A DNA stretch of 20,000 nt. Origin: Vicugna vicugna. Its lineage: Eukaryota. The position numbers and the translations under genes are program-made. Below the pieces are notes generated by a model. It was not told the DNA's origin. It did no database searches and worked only from the letters and a program-made list of their open reading frames with translations. The DNA is taken from NCBI GenBank assembly GCA_013265495.1, contig MU057416.1, forward strand, positions 1,651,473 through 1,671,472. The letters are read 5' to 3'. Positions 1 through 10,810 of the stretch are shown one piece after another. Position 1 is the first letter of the stretch, and every line of letters begins with the position of its first letter.

Positions 1-429
1 GGTCATTAGAGTCTGGAAGCTTCTTGGGGGGGCGTGTCCCCTGGACCCAGTCCCCACTGTCTAACAGGACCCTCTCCACACCCATTCAGGGAGACACTCT
101 CACATCCATTCTAAGTGTGGAAACTAGCACCACAACACACAACCGTCAGGTTATGAAATTGAGGTGGAAGCCTCTCGCGGTGGCAACCAACCTGTTTCTT
201 CAGAAGCAGACACCCTGACCCGGTGTGTGAGGCGTCAGGGACGTGACAAATTCCACGTCTTGACACAGAGAGCCAGCTTTTTAATTTATTAAAATATTTG
301 TTAAAATACTTTTAATTTAATAGTGTTGGGAAGGTTCACTAGAAATTTGAAAAAAATTACACTCTTTAAGTGGAAGAAAAAAGATGATACAAATTATTTT
401 TTAACAAGACTAGAATGTTTTTGGATCAT

Positions 430-1230
430 CAAAGAGAAAGTAACATTTTGAACTCTGAAATTGCTAAGAGCAATACATTCAAACTTAGGAAAACGTAGAA
501 CAAAAAATCAAAGACAGCTACAAAGAAAAGACTAGAAAAATACTGGAACCAAATGGGACAATGATTTATCCTGAAAAAATAGTTCACACAAATTAATAAA
601 TACAAAAGATTATAATAGATAAATGTCTGAAGGACGTGCTTCGGCAGTTCACGTAAGAGGAATTATATTTGGAAAGACGGTCATTCTTACTGTAGTCAAA
701 GAAATGTAAATTAAATTGAGGTCGCCTTTTACCTCTTTGCCTAGTGAAGTGGAAAAATACATTTTACTGATGAATGTCTCGAACCGTGTTGCGCTGATCC
801 CATGCCCTCCCGCAAGGCCACGTAATTCCTGGTCACTGAGCATTGGTATCAAGCCCTGAAAACGTTCACAGCCTCTGACCCTCGTGGGGGCACTTGTGGA
901 TGGAAACACTGTGAAAGAAGAAAAAGTCCTCAGTGCAGTTATTTATGATAAATTTCTACAACAGCAAAAAATACTGCAAGCAACCTCCAATGTCCAAGAT
1001 TAAGGGACTGGAAAATTAAGCAACATAGAAAAACGTGGATTCGCATGACACTGAGAAAAGCAAACTATAAAACCATACCTTCAGATTACAGACGTGACTG
1101 AACAGCAGTGTGAAAAACATGGGTGTGGACAGTGTCTGCCGTGGAATGTTGACAAAACAGAAAGCCAAGAACAAAGGGATTACGCGTGGATACTCTGCTT
1201 TTGAAAATGTCCTTCACGGGCTGGAAGGAA
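430..1230 (+). mobile_element. Old LINE-1 fragment (L1ME-like, end of ORF2)
   Basis: A-rich tract with degenerate L1 3' motifs: cagttcac..aagagga, gtagtcaaagaaatgtaaattaaa, acagcaaaaaatactgcaagcaacctccaatgtcc..agggactgg. No intact ORF. Confidence 0.7.
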
Positions 1231-2599
1231 TGTCCCCAGGATGCTGTGCTGTGGGACCAGGCCTGGGACGACCTTCCTTACTCCAAATTCTTCAATGTGG
1301 CGTTTAGGATGAAAGAGGCAAGATAATTTTCAAAAATTTTCCCAGAAGTTTCAGATGATTATTTGTACAGAAAATTAAAATTGGTAAGGGGTTGCGGGGG
1401 GGGTTAAGAGCTTAAATATGTAGCCCACAAAGGGAAAGAAGAACATAAACCCACTCCCAGAAGCCATCGAGAGCAAAGCCCTGGCCGTGTATTTGTTAAG
1501 TGTCTCCTCTGACCTCAGGCTTGAACCCCCCTCACCCCACGGTCAAGGCAAGGCTGCCGCTGCCCAGGGCTCCGGCCAGACAGAGCGGGGCTGCTGGGGC
1601 GGGGCCCAGAGCAGTGGGGAGACAGGCCACTTGCACTGTGCGGCCGTCAGCAGTGGCCAGGGGTCTCAGCCGCCGGGCGACTGCTTCCACTAGCCACTTA
1701 CTGTTCCATTCATTGATTCTAAGCCTGTGGGGGGTCCCCTGAGGGGAGAAGGGAGAACCTTGTCCTGGAGTTGGCCTTGGTCACTGAAGCCAGGCTGAAC
1801 CCTGGGGAGGCCGGGCTCAGAGCGGTGTCCCCAGCTCTGGCCCGTGCTGCCTCCCACCACCCAGACACCTGCAGAAAGGCCCGCAGCCAGGGCTGGCAGA
1901 GAGAGTCTGCCATGTGCTCGGGACCGCAGACTTCCCCGGGGGCAAGGCCACAGCCCCAGGAAGCAAGATTCTCTGGTTTTAATAAACAACCCACTTCTAC
2001 TTCCCCTCCCCCCTCGCCCCTCGCAGTCCCCTCGCCCCATTCTCCTCTGTCACCTGGCGGTAGCTTTCAGAACCCCTGGGGCTCTCTGTGCCCCCGGGGG
2101 AGGTGCAGTCCGGAGGCACAGGGCCTTTTCCTGACGGTCTCTCCAGGCTCCTGCCGCCTCTGCAGGCCTTGGAGGGAAGGAGGCTGCAGCCCCAGGCCTC
2201 CCAGGGTGTGCCGGCCCTCACCAGCAGCCACGTGGTCTGACATCAGAACCAAGGCCTGGAGTCTCCAGCAGCCCCTCTGGGTGGGTGGGGCAGGGACTCC
2301 CGGCCTGGGAGCCGGACCGGAGGAGGGTGGGGCCGGAAACCACCCCCCAACCCTGCCCGCCGCCTTTCCCCTCCTGCCTTCCCTGACTTGTAACTGGCCC
2401 AGGAGAGAACTTCCCGACAGGACCGGTGTGGACACACTTGCCCACCTCTCCTAAAGCTTGTCTACTCCCTGGCGCTCCACGGACCAGAGTGGCCACAGCT
2501 AGGGTGACCTTCGGTCTCAGTTTGCCCAGAACAGGCCAGGTTTATGGCCCAGGTCACTTACGATGTGACCTCTTTTGTTCTCAGAAATGCCTTGGTTTG

Positions 2600-3305
2600 G
2601 GTCATGAATTATCTCATCACCTGACCTCAAATCAACCTGGAACAGAGCATAGCCCTCCCTGGTCCCCACCTCAGGGAACCCACAGCACCCACGCCATCCC
2701 CGCCAGCCACCCAGGCCCATCGGACTCCTGTCTGCTGAAACCCTGGATGCCACCTTCTGTCTCGAAGGGTCCTCTCCTCTCCACCCCACTGCCAGTCATC
2801 CCTGTCCAACCCCACCCCCAGCCCAACAATGGCAGCAGCCCACGGTGGGGTCCCCCCAGCTGGAGCCTCTCCCCTCCATCCATAGTTCCCCACTGACCTG
2901 CTCAAAGCAGACTGGCAGCGTCCCCTCCTCAAAATGCCTGGTGGCTACAGACACCCAAGTCCCCCGCTGTTTCCCCTGCATCCTCCCCTTCCTCTCCGCC
3001 TCCCACCTGGGCTCTGCTGCTCAAATTCACACTTCAGCTCCTTTCTGGAAAACTGCATCTCTGGGAAAGATTTCTGACTCACTCTCCCATCAGAAGTTGC
3101 TCCCTCTGAGCTCCGGCAGATTTCGTTCACACTCACTACAGAAGCCTGACGTCCAGCCTGCCAGCCACTGCATGTCCCGCACGTATACCTGTCTCCTGAG
3201 CCTGAGCAAGAACCTGCCAAGTTCACGCACGGCATCTCTTGCGATGCCCCAAACAGTGCCTGCCGCAGGGAGGAACTCACTGTAATGGGACTGAACTGAA
3301 TAAAA
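2600..3305 (+). mobile_element. Degenerate L2 LINE, 3' portion
   Basis: ctcctctccaccccactgcca, cccctcctcaaaatgcctggtggct and terminal acagtgcctgccgca..tgaactgaataaaatg resemble the L2 ORF2 end and 3' tail. Confidence 0.6.
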
Positions 3306-4459
3306 TGGATAAATAATCCACTTCAAATCTTTTAACACCAGATTGCCCAAAGGTCATTCACTCCTGGGGAGGATGGCAGAAGAGGCGGCGGTGGAGGCGG
3401 GGGTGGGGTCGGGGCACACACTGTCACATCAGGTCCAACACAGGAGCTCCGGGCAGGGTGTCTGCTGAGGAGACTGGATCTAACTGGAGATGCTCAGTGT
3501 CCCTGCTGCACCCCGTCTCCCAGCCTCTCCCCAGCCCCACTGCCCGCTTCATGGCCAGGCGTCTCCTACCTTCTCCACGAATCCCTCCCTGGCTCCTTCA
3601 GTCCACAGAGGACCTCGCCCGCCTTCTAGGCTCCTGACTCCTGATTTAGGGCAACGAATCTGGTGCTGAGTCAGGTACCATCTGTGTCCTCCCCGGCACT
3701 GAGCTCACCTGTGTTTGGCTTACTTCGTTGGTGTTGCCGGATGGAGGGACGTGGGGAAGAGCTGGGACTTGAATTCCAGGCTCTGCACCTGTCATCTGGC
3801 CAGCCTGACCACATTGCTCCCTCTCCAGTAAAGCCTCCTGTGTGGCTCCATGATTTAGTTAAAAAAGCCTCTGTTAAGACATTTAGCCCAGTATTTCGGG
3901 GGAGGCTAACACCACTTGAGAGCCTGGTGGCCAATCCTTGACCTATGCAGGCCCCCAAGGGCAGGCTGCCCCGACCCCGACGGGCTGTGCCCAGGTGGTA
4001 GGGCCCCTCTCTCTCAGCCCTGGTCACAGAGACAGGCAGCAGCGGGGAGCAGCGGGAGATGAGGACGGACTGGGGCTGTGGGCGCTCACCGCCTTCTGCC
4101 AGCAGCCATCAGACCCCTGAGAGAGTCCACGTTCTTGGTTCATAAACAAAGAAACCCAGCGAGGAGGAGGGCCGGGACAGGCTCCCACAGGAGGCAGGGC
4201 GGCCTCCCAGCCCTGAGGACGTTCCCCCAAGGCCCGAGCCGGGAAGCCCTCGGCCTGCCCTGCCCTCCCCTCCCTCTGGGGCCGGCCCCAGATCCCGCCG
4301 CAGGAGCCTCCCCTCCCCCTCCGTCCCCTCCTCCCCCACCCCTTCCTGCCCACCCTTTCGCCTCGGTCGGTCGGGGTGGCAGGAAGGGAGGTGCTGGGCA
4401 CCGGCCGTGAAGAGCCAGCCCGCTCACTCGGCGCCGCGCCCGCCCGGGCCCCGCCAGCC

Positions 4460-5566
4460 ATGCGCCCCACCGAGCCCTGGAGCCCCAGCGCGGGGCCGGC
4501 GCCCTGGGACTACTCGGGCTCGGGCGCCCCGGAGGAGCTGGAGCTGTGCGCGGCGCGGGACCTGCCCTACGGCTACGCCTACATCCCCGCGCTCTACCTG
4601 GCGGCCTTCGCCGTGGGCCTGCTGGGCAACGCCTTCGTGGTGTGGCTGCTGGCGGCGCGGCGCGGCCCGCGGCGGCTCGTGGACACCTTCGTGCTGCACC
4701 TGGCGGCCGCCGACCTGGGCTTCGTGCTGACGCTGCCGCTGTGGGCGGCGGCGGCGGCGCGCGGCGGCCGCTGGCCCTTCGGCGAGGGCCTGTGCAAGCT
4801 CAGCAGCTTCGCCCTGGCCGGCACGCGCTGCGCCGGCGCCCTGCTGCTGGCCGGCCTCAGCGTCGACCGCTACCTGGCCGTGGGCCGCCCGCTGGCCGCG
4901 CGCGCCTGGCGCACCCGGCGCTGCGCGCTGCTGGCGTGCGGCGGCGTCTGGGCCGCGGCGCGGGCGCCCGGCCTGCCCTCGCTGGCCTTCCGCGGGCTGC
5001 GGCCGCTCCCCGGGGGCCGCGGCAGCCAGTGCGGCGAGGAGCCGTCGGACGCCTTCCAGGGCCTGAGCCTGCTGCTGCTGCTGCTGACCCTCGCGCTGCC
5101 CCTGGCCGTCACCGTCGTCTGCTACTGCCGCGTGTCCTGCCGCCTGCGCCGCCCGCCGCACGTGGGCCGCGCCCGGAGCCGCTCGCTGCGCATCATCTTC
5201 GCCGTCGAGGGCGCCTTCGTGGGCTCCTGGCTGCCCTTCTGCGCCCTGCGCGCCGTCTTCCACCTGGCGAGCCTGGGCGCGCTGCCGCTGCCCTGCCGCC
5301 TGCTGCTGGCGCTGCGCTGGGGCCTCACCGTCGCCACCTGCCTGGCCTTCGTCAACAGCTGCGCCAACCCGCTCATCTACCTGCTGCTGGACCGCTCGTT
5401 CCGCGCGCAGGTGCGGCGGCGCGGGGCCTGCGGGCGGGCCGACAGCGGGGCGCGCGGGGGCAGCTCGGCCTCCTCGCTCTCCGGGGACGACGGCTCCCCG
5501 TTCCGGAGCCCGGCCCGCGGTCGGGGCCGAGCCCAGAGAGCGTACGCGCCCTCGGCCATTCCGTAG
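4460..5566 (+). CDS. GPR25: G protein-coupled receptor 25 (single coding exon, 368 aa; reported CXCL17 receptor)
   Basis: The ATG at 4460 has Kozak context gccagccATG; the ORF track starts at an upstream GTG (4376). Rhodopsin-family motifs are present: GN (TM1), LAAADL (TM2), WPFG..C (ECL1/TM3), DRY, SWLPF (TM6), NSCANPLIY (TM7). The N-terminus MRPTEPWSPS..PWDYSG..EELELC and the body closely match human GPR25 as I recall it. Stop TAG at 5564-5566. Confidence 0.97.
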   Translation: MRPTEPWSPSAGPAPWDYSGSGAPEELELCAARDLPYGYAYIPALYLAAFAVGLLGNAFVVWLLAARRGPRRLVDTFVLHLAAADLGFVLTLPLWAAAAARGGRWPFGEGLCKLSSFALAGTRCAGALLLAGLSVDRYLAVGRPLAARAWRTRRCALLACGGVWAAARAPGLPSLAFRGLRPLPGGRGSQCGEEPSDAFQGLSLLLLLLTLALPLAVTVVCYCRVSCRLRRPPHVGRARSRSLRIIFAVEGAFVGSWLPFCALRAVFHLASLGALPLPCRLLLALRWGLTVATCLAFVNSCANPLIYLLLDRSFRAQVRRRGACGRADSGARGGSSASSLSGDDGSPFRSPARGRGRAQRAYAPSAIP

Positions 5567-5568
5567 CC

Positions 5569-5594
5569 GCCCGGCCCGGCCCGGCCCGGCCCCC
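5569..5594 (+). repeat. (GCCCG)n pentanucleotide repeat
   Basis: Four perfect GCCCG units plus a partial unit, starting 3 nt after the stop codon. Confidence 0.85.
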
Positions 5595-6379
5595 GGGGAG
5601 TGGGCGGCAGCTGAGCGCGGAGGGGCGGCAGGCTTGGCGAGGTGGGCTGGCCTCCCTCCCCGCCCGGCTTCTCCGGACCTGCTTCCCCGAGAGCTAGAGG
5701 GCGGGCTGCTCCGACGGCACGGTCTGCACTCAGGGTCTCCTTCACCAGCTTTCCCAGAGCCTCAGCGTTTTGAACTTCCCCCAAGCCAGGCCGCTGAGAC
5801 CAGCTCTTCTCTCCCTTGGCCCACGGGACACCTGGGCTCATTTCCTCCAGTCCAGTGAAGGTCCTGTGAGATGGAGCCGACAGCAACCCGAGCACCGCGT
5901 AGGGGAAAGGGAAGTGGGCCTTCCTTCAGCACCCCGTTGGCGACAGCACCGGCCAGACCCCACAGAAGTCACCCATGTCTTGGGCTGTGGGTTCTTTGGT
6001 CCCTGGCAATGGCACTGCGTTCGAGAAATATCTTCTCCAGGTCAGGCCCTCTGGCCCCTCGCTTTCCAAAGAATCCTACAGACGATGGAACCGACAGCCG
6101 TTTACAGCAGTCATCTCGGTGACTGACATCACCTGTCATCAGTCACCATCAGTTCAGAGCTTATCAAAGCTCTCCAAAGCCTGGGAACCAGCCCAGTGTC
6201 TCCTGCCAGCTGCCCCAGAAGACCAGGCCTGCCGGGTTTTGTGTCTTCTTACGCCCTCCTCCCCCCGAAGCGGCAGGACTCACCCTGGAAGCTATCCTGA
6301 CTTCCCCCGGGCAGAGGGATCTGGAAAGTCCGCCCCTCAGCCGGGGCTCCAGGACCGTGGCTGTGAGTTCCCCTTTCTC

Positions 6380-6385
6380 AATAAA
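6380..6385 (+). terminator. Probable GPR25 polyadenylation signal
   Basis: First AATAAA after the stop codon, followed about 25 nt later by a GU/U-rich element (gtgtctgtctttact, 6411-6425). Implies a 3' UTR of about 0.83 kb. Confidence 0.65.
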
Positions 6386-6999
6386 TGCTGTCGCTGCCCC
6401 TCCTGACACCGTGTCTGTCTTTACTCGGACAGCGGGAGTGAAATGAGTGTCAGGAGGCCAATCGAACACTGGATCAGACAAAACTCAACCCAGTAGTTGA
6501 GGCTGACCTCAAAGTGATGGGGATGTGGTGTGACGTCGGGGGCAGAGGGAGCCAGCGGCCGCTGTGGGCACAGGAGGCCCACAGGAGGGCAGCAGATCAT
6601 TTGTTCTTATTATTTTAATGGACGGCTCACATTTTGAAGGATATGGAGAGAAAAAAAAGATAGAAGGGCATCTGCCAGCCAGGTGTCCCTTCAAAGAGGA
6701 AACGTGTCACTGTGATTTTCAAATCGGCATGGGGCCTTTTTTTCTATCCCTTTTGAGACCATCCAGTACAAAAGTGAGGAGCATCCATTTCCTGACTCTG
6801 TGACTTAGCCTCTGAGGTTTCTGGAGGGTTTGGAAATTCAGTGTTTATATTTTTAAAAGAACTTGGCCTAAAATGTCAGTCAGTGCAGAAAGGAACTCAA
6901 ATTCTGAGAGCCGCCTCTCAGCCAGGTCCCCGGGCCAGTCGTGAAGTTCAGGTTCTCGGGAATTCAGCCCAGCTGGGGGCGGAAACCTGGGCATGGTCC

Positions 7000-7058
7000 C
7001 TCTCTGTCTCTGTCTCTCTCTGTGTCTCTCTCTGTGTCTCTGTCTGTCTCTCTGTGTC

Positions 7059-7139
<81 letters not shown>
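7000..7139. repeat. Compound (CT)n/(CTGT)n microsatellite
   Basis: Seen directly: GT-interrupted CT units to about 7075, then nearly pure (CT)n. Confidence 0.97.
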
Positions 7140-7879
7140 GGGCTGTGTAACCTCCCCCCAGTACCAGTGGGTTTCTCTTCAGCCTTTGGGGCTGGTGGAT
7201 TAGTGCATGCGGACCCCCCTCCCCCCCGTCAGCCGCCATAGCGGGCCAAGCTGGGAGGAGACACCCCTGCGGCCCCCCCCAAGCACACCTGAGAGAGGTG
7301 GGCCTTGCAGCCCGTGGGGTCACTGCTGCCGCCTCCAGTCCAGGCACTTTGTCCGGGTGCTCAGGTGCACTGTGGACACTCACCACGGCTCTCCCGGGCA
7401 AGAAATGAGTGTTTCCTGTGATGAGGCCCGAGGACGGGGGTGCCAGCTCTCATCCGGGTTTGCGTGTGGCCCGCCCTCAGCTGACAGCAGAGGCGCCTTC
7501 TGGGCTGTTCTGACGGAGCCCCCAGCTCTACCCCAGCCACCTTGCTTCTCAGGCTTGCTGACAAATTGCGCTCCCTGAAGACAGACAGGAAGAAAGCGTC
7601 TCCATCCCCCTCCTCCCCAGGCAGTTATCACAACTCAGCATTTCCCTCCTGCTGCTGAGACGTTGGAAAATGCTGATAAGCTACAAGCAAAAAGGGCGGC
7701 AAAGCTGCTTGGGGGGGGGGAGATGCACTATAGCTACTAGCAGGGGCTTTGTCGAGGCACCACCAAGTCCTCTGGCTAAAAACTACCTTTTGCTCTTTGC
7801 TCTCTCCAGCTCCATCGGGGGCTCTTCTCTCTTGGTGGGTGTTAACCAGCGGACGCCCGGATGCCCACCGTCTTCTCTC

Positions 7880-7985
7880 TCTGCTGCTTGTCTTTCCCGT
7901 CGGACTGAGAGCTCCGTCCACCAAGGGAGGGTCTGTTTTGTTGGCTGCTGTGTACCCAGTGCCTGGAACAGTGCCTGGCAGGGGG
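7880..7985 (+). mobile_element. L2 LINE 3' end fragment
   Basis: gactgagagctcc..gtctgttttgttggctgctgtgtacccagtgcctggaacagtgcctggca is the characteristic L2 terminus. Confidence 0.85.
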
Positions 7986-9409
7986 CTGCGGCACCCACCG
8001 CCCGTGGAGGGAAGGGTCTTCAGGATGTGAGATAAGAAATACTGTGAAGGGCAAACGGGAGGCGGTGGCACTTTATGTACGATTTATAGGTGGTGCACAG
8101 GAAAGGCTGGGGGGAATACTGTCCGAGTTGAGGGCGGCTGTGTAGGTGGGAGGCACTGCAGACCCCTCTCCCCCTCCACTTCTTGGTCTTGAAATTTTTG
8201 ATGAGTTTTTTAAGGGCAGTGGACACAGAGCTGTCACACTGCCCCAGAGCTGGTGCCCTGACCTGCTTTCCTGGGGCAGCCCTGCCAGGCACCCCCTCGA
8301 GCCTCTTTCTTTGTCTGAAGGATGGAGGAGACTGTCAAGTCTGCTCAGTCGCCTCACAGATCAAAGGAAATCCTATTCTTGAAAGTATTTCGGAAATTGG
8401 TGTTTTAGACAAAGGACCAAAGGGTCCAGCCCCTCCCCAAACCCCGTTACCCCTTCTCCATCTCCCGCTGACCCCTCCTCTGTCAGGCCGCCCCTCCCCA
8501 TCCTCAGCTCCCCCTATCCCACAATGCCGCCACCTCCCCACATCGAGGGTTGCCCCCACCCCTTCTCGGCCAGACCCTCCCCATCCCTGGCTTTTCTCGC
8601 CCCATCTCAGGCTGCCCCCAGATCCCGGGCCACCCCTCCCCTGTCCTGGCTGGCCCACCCTACCCCAGGATGCCCCCTCCCCATCCTGGCCAGCCCCGCC
8701 TTGCCCAGAATCTGTGGCCGGGAAAGGAGACAGGTGGAGCTGCTCTGGGGTTTTTAAAGATCCGAAGAAGTCTGGGCACATTGGCCTGTGTAGTTCTGAT
8801 TTGAACTTGTGACTAATTCTGGGCTTTCTTCTCACTTCCCTCGACCTCGTGGGCTCTTTCTCAGGGCACCGTGTGGTGACCCAGGGTCCCTGGGTGAGTG
8901 ATCTGGGGAGTTCAGGCGAGTGGCAGGGCTGGCAAAGACGCTTTTGGTGACATGACTCAGCCCCCGTGACACTTGGGTAGAGCAGGGCTCTGGACACTTG
9001 TGAGGGTGTCTGGAGCACTTCTGGGGTCTAGATCCCACCCCACCTCGGCCCACAGGAAGCCACTACCCCCGCCTCCGTCAGGACTCCGCCCTCAGTCCAA
9101 CGGGGCGAAGATGAAAAGACCCCGTGGCCAAAGACCAGATTGCTTGGTAGGCGGGCGGGGACGTGGGAGCAAGGACGGGCACCCACCTTCCTCCCTTTAC
9201 CATCGAAGCAGACCGCAGTGGCGTCTCTCACGCGAGCAGGCCTGCGCCAGATCCCCGCTGAATGGCGTCTCAGGACTTGAGAGCTGGGGGCCGGCTGCGT
9301 GCATTCTCTGAGGAGGACACTGAGGACCAGGGGTGGGAGGTAACATCTTGCTTGAGGTAACAGCCACCGCTGTATCCCTGCAGCACTGCACACAGTTTAA
9401 AAAACACAC

Positions 9410-9550
9410 ATAGGTGATTTCCTTGATCCTCACACCCTGTGGCAAACGGGAACGATCACTTCACTCAACTGAAGATGAAACCGAGGCTCCGGAGGACGGT
9501 GGCCTGGGCGCGTGGCAGCGAGCCAGCGTTGAAGTCCAAAGCTCTGCCTC
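9410..9550 (-). mobile_element. MIR SINE fragment
   Basis: ttgatcctcacaccctgtg..gatgaaaccgaggctccggagg resembles the reverse-oriented MIR core. Confidence 0.6.
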
Positions 9551-9699
9551 TCCCTCCCTCCTCGCCCGGCGCTGCCCCTGCTGCCGTGTGACACTCGGGT
9601 GCTCCCCACTGCCCCGCACTCCCGCCTGGGGACGCCCAGGCCCAGGCTCGCTCTTAGAGTGTAAGGTTCCCACTGATTATTCAAGTAATACAGGTTCTT

Positions 9700-10140
9700 T
9701 GATTTTTTAAAAAAGTAAATTACAGGAAAATAAAATGAAAAAAATGGAAAACACCCGTTACTCCACAGTGAAGCGATGCCTTCTTTATCTACGTATATAG
9801 TAACACACGTGTGCATTTTCCCCCCGCTAAACTGAGGTCAGTCCAAAGGAGGCCAAACACTGAGTCTGCTGTGTCCCCAGGCGTACACCCGGTGCCCGCC
9901 CCGGCCTGGCCCTCAGGGACCGTGTGGCCTGTGTATCACGTACACGGCGTTGTGGCCTGCCCCCTGCATTTGGCAATGTGCCGTGTTTTACTGTGTCATT
10001 AGATCTTGTTCCAAAACACCTCCGCAGGGTTACATCACCTCATCATGTGAAAGTAACGGCATTTATTTCACCAAGCCCCTCACCTTTTTTTCAGTTTTTC
10101 ACTCTTGTAAGCAGTTCTGTGATCCACCTCCTTGTACCAA
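9700..10140 (-). mobile_element. Old LINE-1 fragment (L1ME-like, antisense)
   Basis: tttcagtttttcactcttgtaagcagttctgtgatccacctccttgtac and catttatttcaccaagcccct match antisense L1ME 3' motifs. Confidence 0.55.
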
Positions 10141-10219
10141 AACGGGAACCAAACCCCGTGACCCCGTTTAAGGGAAAAACGACAAAAAATTTTAAAAAAA
10201 TGTTTAAAGGACTTCTGTT

Positions 10220-10300
10220 GTTGCCCCCATTTTACAGATGGGGACTCAAATGCCCACGTTGTGGGCCTGCCAGGGTCCCACGCGTGGGGCAGGACTTCCT
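10220..10300 (-). mobile_element. MIR SINE core fragment
   Basis: cccccattttacagatggggact is the reverse-oriented MIR core. Confidence 0.7.
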
Positions 10301-10455
10301 GGGCCACCGCTGAGCCCATCTTCCACCTCCACTAGTCTGCTGGTGCCCCGCTCACCCTGCTTCTCAGCAGTTAGCACTAAGGCCAAGGGTGCCCGGGGTC
10401 AGGCCGCCATTGCCGGCCCTGCGCGCGGCGACCCACTTTGTTCTCAGAAGAGCAG

Positions 10456-10810
10456 TGTGATGGTTACTTTCATGAGTCAGCTCGACGGAGGCACCAGCAC
10501 CCGGGCATTTGGTCAGATACTATTCTGGGTGTTTCGGGATGAGAGTAACCTTTGCGCCGAAGACTGAGTAGAGCGGGCTGCCCTCCGTCTCACCCACCCA
10601 CTGAAGGCCTGAACGCACACAAAGGCAGAATGAGAGCGCGCCCACTGTCCGCCCGACCGCCTGGGCTGGGGCGTCAGATTCTCCTCCCTCGGGACTCAGA
10701 CTGGGACTGGAAGCCGCCTCGACTCTCCTGCGTCCCCAGCTTGCGGCGGGCCACTTTCTGACAGTAAACGTCTTCATATCCACTCTGCCTCTCTGAAGAA
10801 CCCAAACACA
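10456..10810 (+). mobile_element. MLT2-family (ERVL) solo LTR
   Basis: Starts TGTGATGGTTA and ends ctctgaagaacccaaacACA (TG...CA termini). Flanked by a near-perfect 5-bp TSD, AGCAG (10451-10455) / AGCGG (10811-10815). Alignable by eye with the LTR at 18849. Confidence 0.8.

Larger units (their letters stand above)
4170..5720. promoter_or_regulatory. CpG island spanning the GPR25 promoter, 5' UTR and CDS
   Basis: Very high GC and dense CpG by inspection. C-rich SP/KLF-type tracts at 4260-4345. A forkhead-like ATAAACA lies just upstream at 4142-4148. Confidence 0.85.

Noticed and set aside
1487..3350. Cluster of 70-230 aa ORFs upstream of GPR25
   Set aside because: Expected by chance in GC-rich DNA, partly overlapping L2 relics, with no domains or codon bias.
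3343..3356. DR1/HNF4-like motif tgcccaaaggtca
   Set aside because: Single short motif with no supporting context.
4376..4459. 28-aa N-terminal extension of GPR25
   Set aside because: It depends on a GTG start. Similarity to known GPR25 begins at the Kozak ATG at 4460.
4424..5263. 279-aa antisense ORF over GPR25
   Set aside because: In-register antisense shadow of a GC3-saturated CDS, with a GTG start and no recognisable domain.
4546..5697. 383-aa overlapping ORF in another + frame
   Set aside because: Its first codon positions are GPR25 third positions, which are almost all G/C, so T-initial stop codons can barely occur. GTG start and low-complexity R/P/G/A product.
6841..7401. ORFs with SLSLSL or ERERER runs
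   Set aside because: Translations of the CT microsatellite.
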